Shown here in pieces: positions 26,011 through 38,700 of a stretch of DNA of 64,000 nt. Below the pieces are notes generated by a model. It searched no databases and was not told where the DNA came from. It worked only from the letters and a program-made list of their open reading frames with translations. Source of the DNA: Lingula anatina (Eukaryota > Animalia > Brachiopoda); NCBI GenBank assembly GCA_051362555.1, contig CM120640.1, positions 51,190,788 through 51,254,787 of the forward strand. The letters run 5' to 3'. Positions within the stretch are counted from its first letter, which is position 1. Each line of letters starts with the position of its first letter. Made by a program: the position numbers and the translations under genes.

Positions 26011-29000
26011 TCATTCTATGTTTACAGTAATTACACTATACACTACTAAGGCTTCAAATGTCACATAGAAGATCCACAAGAATGCCAAGAAACCGCCACT
26101 GACATACTTCACCCATTTCTTTTCCCCTCCTAGTTCTCCTCCAACCACCTAGAAATTTAGGAAAAAATTAAGTTATTATTTTAACAATGCTTTTCTTTGT
26201 TTTCTGTAATTTAAGATTTTGCATATTTATAAAATTGAGTGTGCAAGCATTACATGATTTACATGTATACACAATTCAGGGAAGCAAGCAAAGACAAAAT
26301 TTGTTGTTTAACACATACTAGTATCACTAAATATCTTTTGTTATCAGATATATAAAAATTTCACATATTCCAAAATAAAACATCATTCACAACTTTATTA
26401 GTCTTGAGAATATTATAAAGAAAACAAATTAATTCCTACCTTTCTCCGCAAAAGCAAGATTATAATGCACACTGTTCCAATCACAGAGAAGACGATCACA
26501 GCCTGGGTCAAGTTGGTACTTTTCACATAAAATGGTTGACCAATTGCTGTATAGTAAATCACACTGATGCACCAGGGCAGTCCAAGACCAAGGAATACAT
26601 TAACACTGTTGCTCCCTGTAATGCACATAATATGTACAGCATTTAGTAAAACCTATTTAAAATTTCCTAAGAATACTATATTGGTGGCATTCATGTTTAT
26701 GTCACAAGAAGTCTAGATACTGGCAAACAGTATTGAAGATTATAAGAAAACTTACCATTTTAATAGTACTGTTACTGTTTGACAAGTAATTTTGCATAGT
26801 TTGCATAGTAACGTTCACCACTTCAGTTTCTGGTCATATAAGCACGTATGTGTACTTGTGTCATACTAATACTAAGTAAAGTAAAGAACTACATATCTAT
26901 AATTATATATGCTTTACCTGTGACATTGCCAATTGCTGCATCCGCACCTTCATCTTGCAGTGCAGCAGTTCTGCTGGCAAATGTGTCTGGGATGCTGGTC
27001 CCCAGGGCCACTATAGTGATACCAGTTACTGCAGGCTTGAGGTTCACTACACAGCCAAGCAGACCACCAAGCTGAAATATATCCATTGTATTCAATTTAC
27101 TGTAAAATTACATGCATGATCCACACTTGGAGAATGGCTAGCATACAGTTAGTCTTTATCTATCTGATGGAGTACCATGCAGTTTGACTTGTATCAACCA
27201 CAAAAATGATAACTTCAGTTTTAATGCATGCCTATTACAAATCAACACATAACACAAATAAAAATACACGAATATTTTAATAAAAAAAGGGAGAAATATT
27301 TTATGTTTGTTAAGAGATTCAAATATAGGCTCTTCAAGCTGGTGATATTACTCGTGTTTCAGTCATCCAAGTTTTCATAAAAGATCTGCTATCTAAGTGA
27401 GCAGCATGTTGAAGAGCTTATATCTCTGCAATATGAATTAGGCCTTTCTTATGTTTACCTTAAATGCTACAATAATTCATATCAGTAATTAACATAAGGT
27501 ACATGTACGTACTGTTTCTATAATAGCTGTCAGGCCAGCAATGTACAATATGGAGACAACAAATGTTGGCCAAGCACCCAAATACATCCTGAAAATATAA
27601 ATAAAGTGTTCATTTTTTCCAAAGCCTGGATTCATTCAAAAACTGTGGCACTGTGATGAAACCAATGTTTAAAAGACAGAAAATTAAATAAGAAAAGACC
27701 TGGGAATAAGTAAATTAAAACTAAGAACATACAGTATGTAGTAACAGCACTTTTGTGCAAAAATAAAAATAAAAAATTAACACTTACTTTGGTGGAATAA
27801 AAGCATGCAAAACTTTCCAAAAAAAAGTGAAGAAATGCATGAAATAATCCAACCAGATGGGATCCTGTTCATTACCATCCTCGTCCTCATCACCACCAAC
27901 CTCAAATGCACTGGAATTATTGCAATGAAATATAAACAATTTTCACAAATATAAGTAATCTGAACTTGCTGTATTAGGCTTAATATGGGGAATTTTTGGA
28001 TTTTTATCTGATTCTGATTTGGAGCATTTTCATTATCAAACACAGGCATTTATCAAAATAAACTTTAATTGACTTACGCTCTAAATTGTCCACCCCAATC
28101 AAGTTCCTCCTCTTCATCCTCATCATCCAAAGCATCAGCAATACGATCACCAAGTGCATCTAAGAATAGAATTAACATACATTATTTGGCATACAATATA
28201 TATTGTAAAATCAGAACTCATCAATAAAGAACAGATAAGAAGGATTTATTATGGACCATTAGATTAAATTTTTCATCAGCTTATTTTATTCAAACAAAAA
28301 TGTCCTTTACTGATATACACATAGGTAAATCCAAGAGATAGTTTAAGGAGACCATGCTTCTATTTTCAAAAACAGGAAAGCAGATTAAGCTACTGCCCTT
28401 CCCCAAAAAACTATTTAATTTTTCAAGATACAGAATCACACCATTTAAAATATTAGTTTGCACTGGAATTCTTTTTTTTTTTTTTTTTTTTTTTTTGGGG
28501 GGGGGGGGGGTGGAGGGGGAAAGGGGGGAAGAGGAGGTGGATGGCATAATTATAATTGGGGATCCTTCTTAATATCTTGGATCTATTAATGTACATGTGG
28601 ATTTTTAATCAAGTGCATCCTCAAGCATTTGTTAATAGTCTGTTACTAACATTATTAACATAATTGTGATTTTAAAAGTCACTCTCATATTGCATGCAAT
28701 GGTAAGTAGAAATGTATGACACCTAAATTAAGACCCAATCATTTATATACTGCTTTCAAATAGACTTATTTTGGTAATGCTTTATTGGATAATTTTAATG
28801 TAAATTATGCTGGAAGTTTTAAACAGTAGTGCAACACATTACATACAAAATCACTTTAAATGACCTGGTTTGCCTTTAGTCACTACTGATGCTGTAACTT
28901 GTGCATTAGTCTGATTGTCTGTCTATCTGTCTGTCTGAATGAATGTCAAATTTCGCAAGATGATCACAAACATAACCGAGTTGGAACAAAGACCAATTTA

Positions 29001-29714
29001 TTAGATTTGGTTTTGATTATCTTTCAGTTTCAACTTGTTTAATTTTCACCTAACATTATGCTCAGAAAATTCTGAGAAAAAGCATTTCATCATTGTTAAA
29101 TTACTAAAAAAAAGAACATTTTCCCTTAGCAAAGGTACATGTATGTGAATGTTCCCAACACCTATGAAGAGTCACTCAATCACTCTGCAAGTACACAATT
29201 TAACTAATCTATTCAAGCAACTCTAGTTTACCACTGGGTTTTACTTTTGAATTGGTAAACCATAAAATTTTATCTCTACAACTGCATATACAACTGTACC
29301 AGCAGACTTTAATGCAAAAAAGCTACATGTATACTGAAGACCCTAAAGACAAAAGATGCTAGATATATAGTTCCTCACAATCTAAGCAAGCAGCTGAAGC
29401 AGAAGCAATGGTCTACATGTATCAAAGGTTTGCATTTGATTTTTATGTGAATGCACAAATACAAAATATAGGCACATGTGACTTCAAGGGTCATTTTCTA
29501 TTGGGTTTGAACAAAAATGTTTAGGTTAAAACTTCATGAAGCAGACACTTGTATCCCATAATCCCTCTGTAATTAATATCTGAACCTCTCATTGTGCTGA
29601 CCACTTTACTCCTGGTAATACACAGAGATAATATACAGCAGGGAGTGTTCACCTAAGTGTACAAGTAAGTATTTAAGTTTAAAAAAACTATAGCAACCCC
29701 TATCCACCTACCCA

Positions 29715-29766
<52 letters not shown>

Positions 29767-32700
29767 TGGCTGCCACAGCTCTGATTTTGAACAATCACAA
29801 GACAGGTGATATAGGGTGTTACAGGTATGTGTCACACGGAAGTCCTCAATGTTCTGTGAAAATGGCATATTTATAACCCATGGCTCTAAGTACGTGTACA
29901 TCACAAAGGACAATAAACATTTTCAAAAGCAAAAAAATATATCTGCATAATGCCCCTGGTTGAAATAGCAAAAATGGAAAGCAAAAGTAATGCATGTGTC
30001 AATTTAAATATTTTGCTGTATGATTTACATTCAGTTTGATTGTTAACAGGGACACATTCAGTTTTGAATAAATGGTTTTCGAGAAAGTAGTCACAAAATG
30101 GAGAAAATGCTTGTTAACTTGCACAGTTTCAATACACATACAACAGATGGGAATTAATATGCACTGCACATGCCTGTCAATATACATATACAACCACATA
30201 CAAGCACAGTAAGCACAACACTAAGTCTGGACTACCATATAGGGAGCACACATATCAAAGCAGATATTCCATTACCTGAGAACCCTCCTTTCTTCTTCCC
30301 TGGAGCACATGCAAGTGCAATAACAAATACATGCTAAGCTCTAAACACTTATCATAACTTAAACTGTTTTAGTAATTATATCATTTTAGTTCTAACAAGT
30401 TATTGTTTTTTTCAGCTTTGGAACATAAATATAATGGTAAGACCTTGTTCAAAATGCCAACAGATCTGATGCTTATGTTTCACATGGAGGTTTGAATAGA
30501 AATCATCCGAGGCTCTCAGCACGATGTGACATCATAAAAAATAAGAAAAAAGTGTGAGAATCTGCATGAGGTAGGCTGACCTTTCAGCAACGAGGGTGAA
30601 TTTTGACATTGCTGAAGAAAACAATACAAATGTAACACATTGTGAATAATGAATATGCACTGTTGTGCAAAAGACTAATTCTATACGGAACTTCAAATGG
30701 AACAATCAGAAAAACACCCATGTCTAAATTCTTTCACTTTCTGTTGATTGCCACACAACACTTGCCAGTGTGCCATTATTCCTGACCACATATGCTTCTT
30801 AACATGCTGTAGTTCTCACTTAGTTTTATGCAAAGTTCTGAGACTTTGGATGATTCCCATTCACATGTAATTAATAGACAAACAGGACAAAAGAAATGGG
30901 CTTAAAGAATCAAAACTTTCATTTAAGGTTCTCAAGAACAAGGACTATATTTCTAAATACTAGGTGTGGTATTTTTACTATTTTCACTACAGGAGAAAAA
31001 AGGGAGAGAAAATCAATTTTAGTATTTTGACCATACAAATATGCAACAGTTCATTTTCTAAACAACTTGTAATTGGGTGATTTGCAGCACTTGCAACTAT
31101 GCAGAGATACAAGTAATCAGAAGCTACTACATGTACAGTTTACCATGATATAAATTTATATTGTTTGCATGCATCTCTTAAATCAACACTAAATACACTA
31201 CAAGCTGCACTATTTATTTTGATTCTCATATGCCATAAATTTCAGTCAGTACATTATCCATTATTGTCACCATCAATTTTCTTCGTTCTAAAGGAAATGT
31301 TTTCTATAATCAAAGATCAAACATGTTTTTTTTTAAAATAATTATTGGTCACCATTCTAATACTCTAAACAAATGGCACATGACTAAAAAAAAGCCATCT
31401 GTACTTTGCAATAGCAGAAAGGCCAATAAAAAGTGAAATATTGATTATCAATGAGTTTTTAATGAAAATATACTGACTGATCACTCCAGACTCAAACCAC
31501 ATAAAATGCATCCATCTGTGTTACTTAACTGTTAAGTACAAAGTACCTTTTAATTTACAAACAAACAAACAAACTGTCACAGAAAACTAGACAATACCTG
31601 TTTTAAAACAAACACTTGTCACTAACAAGCAAACATATACTTATAGCAAGGCAAATATGTGCCAAGATAAAGGGGAAAAGGAGGCAGATATTTAGACATG
31701 GAGTGGTGCATTGATTGACAGTTGAAGGGATGTGGCTTACCTCCTGTAATGCTGGCAATGGTTGCACTGTGTTCACCAATTCTTGAACCAACACTTGGAT
31801 TCTTCAATGCAATAATGAAGTTCAAGTTTCCCTACAGAATACATAAAATGTTTATAAATATGTAATTTGTAATAATTTCTCTCAAGTTATCAAAACAAGA
31901 ATATTATTAAATCAAACTTAAGCTATACCTACATAAACTCACAAGCACTAAAATATTTTTCCATGCCTTCTCGGGCTATTTTATTGTAGCTTATTTTGTC
32001 ATATTTCAGCATTAAAAACTTTAAACCAATTCAGAAATAGACTAACATGACACAGACATATTATAATATGTAATATATTAATAATAAATATTATAACTTT
32101 AATATCTATTATAATAACACATCAATCTAATTTGTTGTCTATATTGATGCAGTAACTTAGACATTTTAATTCGAATGTGTTAGAAGTTATTTATCTACAG
32201 TGATGTAATTACTGAACAGGTCCTTTTTTAGAAAATAAAATTCATGGAATGCCTTATGCTCTATGTGCATGATTTTCTGAAACATCCTAATCCATACCAA
32301 CCATAAAACAAGTTTCTAAGATATAAACCAAATTTCTACCAAAATTAACTTCAAGTAAGAATCTAATATAAAATCTTATAAAATGAATAATTGTTAGACA
32401 GTAAAATAATTAAATAATAAAACTTAATATAAAAAAGGTTTAATGTTAAATGTAATTAAAACACAACCATGTCAGAAACATTCTTTTTATGAGGGCTGTT
32501 CTGATCACTTTCATGAAATGCCATGACAAAACTGTTAAGGTAGCTGTATTACCACTGCTGGGTTGACACACATAAACTGCTGCATATTGTGTATAATGTT
32601 GTGGATGAAAGCACATTTCAAAAAAGCCTTTTTGAGTTGATGTTTGCGATATTGGAGCCGACATTCAATAAGATGTGACAGCACAAAAGAACATTTGCTT

Positions 32701-35700
32701 AACCCAAAAAGGTTATTGTTAAATATACACTGTTAATGTATTAGGAGAAACATGTTTCCTTATGAATCATATAAAGACAATGGTGGTGATTTTTTGGCTG
32801 AGCTAGTGTATTATTAATAGCATATTAGAATTTGCATGCTGAATATGCTGCATTTCTGCAGTATTTAAGCAAAACACTCTCCCACCATAAAAAACATATG
32901 AAAGATGAGTGTACCTGAGACTCCTAAAATAACAAAAAATAAATGAACACAATCATAAACTTTTTACATTTTCAAAAAAGTGGCATAGTCACTTCGGTAT
33001 TTTGTAACCACAAAATATAAAATAGATCAACAGACACTTGAAAAAGAGAATGATACAAAAACAGCTGACTTAACATACATGTAAGCAATCAACTCTTACA
33101 GCCTTTCATACCATGGAAATATATTTGAAATGCAGGATTTTACAAAAACTTCGAGCCAACACAAGATATTACGAAGTCACATTTATCAAATACCTTTGTC
33201 ACAAGTACATATTTATATACATGCATCCACTTGAAAACATTGAGAATTGAACAACTGACTCTTACCTTTGGATTCTTGTTGACATCCACTGTAACAATTT
33301 TGCTCGTCTCTCCATGCTTGAATACAAGCACACCGTTTTCGGTGACGTAGTCAAACCCAGGACCTAACTCTGGTCCACCCTTAGCAGTTCCATCACTGGA
33401 AACAATGCATAATGGGTCAGAATTAATTATATAAAAAGTTATAAGCATGTATGTGCTGTCTATTGTTTTTAATTGAAACATATATCATGATGGCTCTCAC
33501 AAAAATTCTTCTTGGTAAACACATTATTTATTGCCTAATTTGTATGTAAACTTGATAAAATTGTTTGCTTCGGTTTGTATACAATCAGCATTTTTCATAT
33601 TTTCAGTACACTCATTTTACTGATTATTGAAACCCTTCTGTTATATTGACTATGTCATATTGACTTACATGGTGGAATATTCGATGGTCACCTGGCCATC
33701 ACAGCCATGCTCTCTAAGGACTGTAGCGATCAATTTGCCTGTCTCAGGGTTTGCTGAGTAATGGGGCTTTTCAAATGTCAATTCACCAGGTTCTAAAAGG
33801 AAAATATGATGGTAAAGAAAATATAAGCAAGAACAATCTTTGTTTGGTTTCCATTTCTTTCTCAGAATGATATCAGCATGTATTTTATTTACTAAGTAAT
33901 TTATATCAGATAAAAGCTAGGAACTTAAAAACTTTTCTGATGTACTCACCATCATCATCAATGATGGTAACCCTGGCAACACTTGGGTCTCCAAGACCTG
34001 CTTCTGCTGATGGGTTTTTCAGAATAACATAGAAATCCACATCAGCCTCATATTGATTGTCATTAACAATAGGCACTGTTACTGTCTTACAGTACTCATT
34101 TGCAGCAAATGTCTGGAAGTAAGAATTAAACAAATGTGATTTTTAATAAAACAATTAATAGAGTTGGCACACTAGCCGTACTGTAAAGCTTACAAGGCCA
34201 CAGACATATGTATTACTTACAAACATTAATTTGTATATCTGAGCCCTGTATACTTGCCAGTGAGCCTTTGGTGTATTTAAAGTCCTTGTCCAATTTTCCA
34301 GACCCTTCCCTGGTCTCATATTCCACTGTCACTTCCCCCTTAATAACATCTTCCTCCCCATCATCAGGTGGTCCAAGGAAGGTGGTCTCTGTATCTGGAG
34401 TGTTGATGGAATGGATGTCAGTGTTGGTGCCGCCATTCTGAAAAATAAGAACCAGTTACATCAGGACCAATCTAAAATATTTGATAAATTTTGTGTGGGT
34501 GTGTGCTGAAGGTGGGGGGGGGGGGGGGGGCAAACAAAAAGAAAGATGATTAAATGAACAAATTTTTCATTCAGAATCCAGACCACTAAATCCTTTTCAT
34601 TTTATCATATACTTTGCATTCTCATGCTATATAAAATTCATTAAAAAAACATGGCTGTTGAAATATAAAAATAGTAACTGATTGAAATGAAAATGCAAGT
34701 TAAACTTTTCTTCAAAAATCAAATTCAAATCAGTAGACCTTTGACTTCTTACAAGGGGATTTGTTTACTTTAAAATGAATGTGTTGATTGTGAAACTATA
34801 TCCACCAATAGCAGCACACTTAAGTACATGGTTACTGTAATGTGTGTCTAGACTGTGTAAATATGTCACTTTGCAATTTGGTCAATACATGTAATTACAC
34901 AGTGATATTGTTAAAAGTAGGCACAATACACATCTAAAAATATATCTTCCATCCAAATCAATTTAAATGAAGGGCTGGTAACAGAGAATGATAATTATAA
35001 ACATTTCAAAGATTAAAGATTATTAAACTAAAAACTTATAAAGTAAATACTTTTCAGATACTAATACAACATCAAGGAATTAAAGACTCAAAATATTAGT
35101 GGAGAACAATAACGATAAAGACACTACAGAGTGAAAGAAAGAATATTAATCATTTAAGTACGAAATAGTAAAATATTAAATCATTAAAACCACTGAAAGT
35201 GGTCCAGGTGCACAAAACTTTAGGGGAAATTAATTCCTGTAATGACAAATGAGTGACAATTAACATGAGTTTTTAAAAAATTTGTTGTATTCAATTTCAA
35301 ACTTTTCGTCACACGTTCAAAAGAAAAAATGCAGAATCCATAATGTTAAGAAAACTCTGAAGTAATTGCAATTTTTCACAGTCAGTTTTGGAAATGTTAA
35401 CTTTGTGTTATGAAAATCTTGAAAAGAGAAACTCACAATTTAACTTAAATCAGGATGTACATATATATATACATATACACAAGGAGACAAATGGTACATG
35501 AGTATGGGCAGGTGGCTGTGCCATGAATTATCAGATTACACATACATAAGCAACAGTGAATGCACAACATTCAGGGATAAATGGCAAGCTGTGCACAACA
35601 GTTTTATACCTCCACAATGCCCATGTCATTATCACTAAACTGGTTAGAGCTCCACTGTGCTGAATGCTACAATAAAATATCACAACATAAGAGAAAGCTA

Positions 35701-38700
35701 GAGTTTTGTGCAACATACCATAAAATGCACAGGCATGCATTGCTGACTGTAGTTATAGATGTTAGTTTTCTGTATTTTCTCTTTCAGTTTGCAGAACATG
35801 CATATTTCAATTAATACGCAAAAAAAGGTTTGTGGGCATTGTTATAAGTGCAACAGACTTTAGATTAAAAAAAAATGAAAACTTAAAGCACTAAGCATAT
35901 CATGCCAATTTTAAAGACTAATGTTCTTCATTAGTTTGGGTCGAACAATTCCAGAAAGAGTACATACATTAATATATATGAGTTTTGCTTCTGAATTAAT
36001 AATTAACATAACTAGCAAAAATAAATGTACTCTAATGAACTCCAAGTTCCTTGAGAGGAATTACTGAAATACAGTTAATCACTATCCACCCTGCACACAT
36101 TTAATCATCTGGGTGATATATTTGGGTGAGGAATCTAATTTTTATTTCTACATACTAGTATGTAAGTAAGATGCCCAAGTGAAGTGACTTTCCTAAACTA
36201 GTCTGTTTGGTGCACATATTAATTGTTTAAACGTGAATTCTCCATGCAATACAGTGTATAATGTACTAATAATTGTACACTGCTCATGTATATGATTGAT
36301 TTTGTATTATTTTACAATTTTATGAATTTACACCTTTATCCTTTTAAAAGTATTTTTCAATATCTGGACTATCAGATATACTTAAAGGAACTGTAATAAT
36401 TTTTTAGGTATAAAATTTGCCGTTTGTGATGATGCTACCAATACAAAAATTAAGATGGCAAAGTGGCAATCAGTGAGAATTATCAAATCAAGCAATGTGA
36501 AAGTCTTTAAGTGCCTATGAAAAGTACCATGCAGGAGTAATAAGTCCATGATTCATTCTTAATGTGAGAAAAAGTAAAGGTACCTTATCAGATGCAATAG
36601 GAGCTAAAGCATTGCGTCGTTTCAATGGGCCATTCAAACTGAACATATTAATTATCCGAGGTTTCCTCTGATCAGCATTTGTTAGAAATAAACAGTACTA
36701 GTACAATGTAATGTTATTCAATACAAAATTCTTTGCAAAAGGCAAAAAATGGATGATTTTGAGCTTTTGGATATAAGCACCTTTAAAAAAGTCAAATAAA
36801 AGCTCAAATTTTGCGACATACATGTTAGTCACTAAGTGTCCTTACATGGTAACCATGCATTCACCTTTGTGAACTTGCAATACAGAAATAACTGTTACAT
36901 TTAAAATAATGATTTCTCCATACAATGACAATCAATTGTGGCACTGTAAGTGTAGATTGAAAGTCAATATTTATGCAACAGTGAATAACAGTATGATTAA
37001 TGAATGGGTATATGCAATGCACACATTCACATTACAGTGTAGGTTACAGCATGCTGAAGAAATTTTTTCAGAAATCTTTATATCCAATGCTTTGATGTCC
37101 CAACCCTGTGATACTCCAGGCCCGCTGGTTGCAAATTCACTTCCACTAAAGTAAACATTCTGGCACCTTAAGTATTGTACATGTACCTTATGCCAAACAT
37201 ACAATACTATTAGGCATATACTAGTTTGGTGTTAATGATGCATACAATATGGAAGACTACCTCAGTAATGGACAAGCCTGTGGCTAATTTGTATACTTAC
37301 AGCAACTATAGCCCTCTTGGTTTTTGACCTGAAAATATAGAAAAAAATATGCTTGGAACAAATCTTGAATATTGGTAAAAAGCAGAATAACTTTGCCAAC
37401 TAATACCAGATAAATTGAAAATTCTCTTTAATTCCTGATGCATTATGTAGCATTAACACTATTTCCTGTTACCTAACTTTAATGAGACTAAAGCTTATGG
37501 CAGTTGCTGAAACAATTCACATTTTCTTAAATTATTTTTTCTTGGTCCAAACACTAGGAACAAACGGCAAACCATGCAACAACTGATTTTTTTTTTCATT
37601 TTGATCATTTGACCATATCATCAGCAAGACATGGAGAGTTTTCAACTTGATAAACCAGCAGTGGTATAAAAAATACAAAAAACTACAGAATTAAAATATA
37701 TTCTTCCATTTATATCTGAATATGATATTACATTGAGAAGAACATAAGAAAAATAGAGTTTCAGTTTATAGTGTTACAATGGCTTACATCATTCTGCGAT
37801 GAAAGAGAACATCTATCTCTAAGATACCAGCACTCTCCAGCACTGAGTAGCTGTGGGCAGCAAACGTAAATTTACCAACCAGGTCTTCTGTAATGGAGGT
37901 ACAAAGCATTGTAAAACAAAATTAAACTGGTACAATATACATGCATGTTCTCTTTGTTCTTGTACAAGTGTAATAATGAATTTGTGGTTTATTTAAAAAT
38001 TATGAAAGTTTTAAGGTAGGCACACAGACCTACCAGATCATTTTAGTAACATTCAATACATATTCAATACACATTCCTTTTTCAGTTTTTTTTTCCATTT
38101 GCCAAAGCATCAGATGTATTTACCTGGCATTGTTGTTTTCAGATTATGAATGGACTGGACCCTGTCTACAATGTCTGCTAGGTTCCCTTTGGAGTCAGAG
38201 TGGTGGTGGTCATGGTGGTGGTTCTTCCTGCGGTGACCAAGGAGAGCACGGACAGCTGCATGACGGAATCTATAAAAAAAGAAAAAAAAAACGTAAGCAT
38301 GGAACCCCTTAAAAATTATATTTTAGCAAAACCTTACCGAAACCAAGGCCTGTCTTCTTTCTTTTTAAAATAAATTTGTACCATGGTTGTTAACATATCT
38401 TTTCCTTTTTCAAAGCTGAAAATATCATTTTATATCAATGTCCATCATAAAGAAGTGTCTAATTTTCGCCTATTGTAATTTCTGAAGATAGGTAGTGTCA
38501 TGTGCACCCATGTTGGAAAACATCATGTGCATTTTTCTTGCAATATCATTATGAGCATGCAAAATAACTAAATCTCCTGGTATTTTAGGATCACTTTTAA
38601 TTAGTAACATGCATAGAATAGATTAAGTCTACACTCGAAAAGGTGGTCATTATTGATCATACAAGCACAACATAATGTTTCTAGATAGTTATAAAGATGG

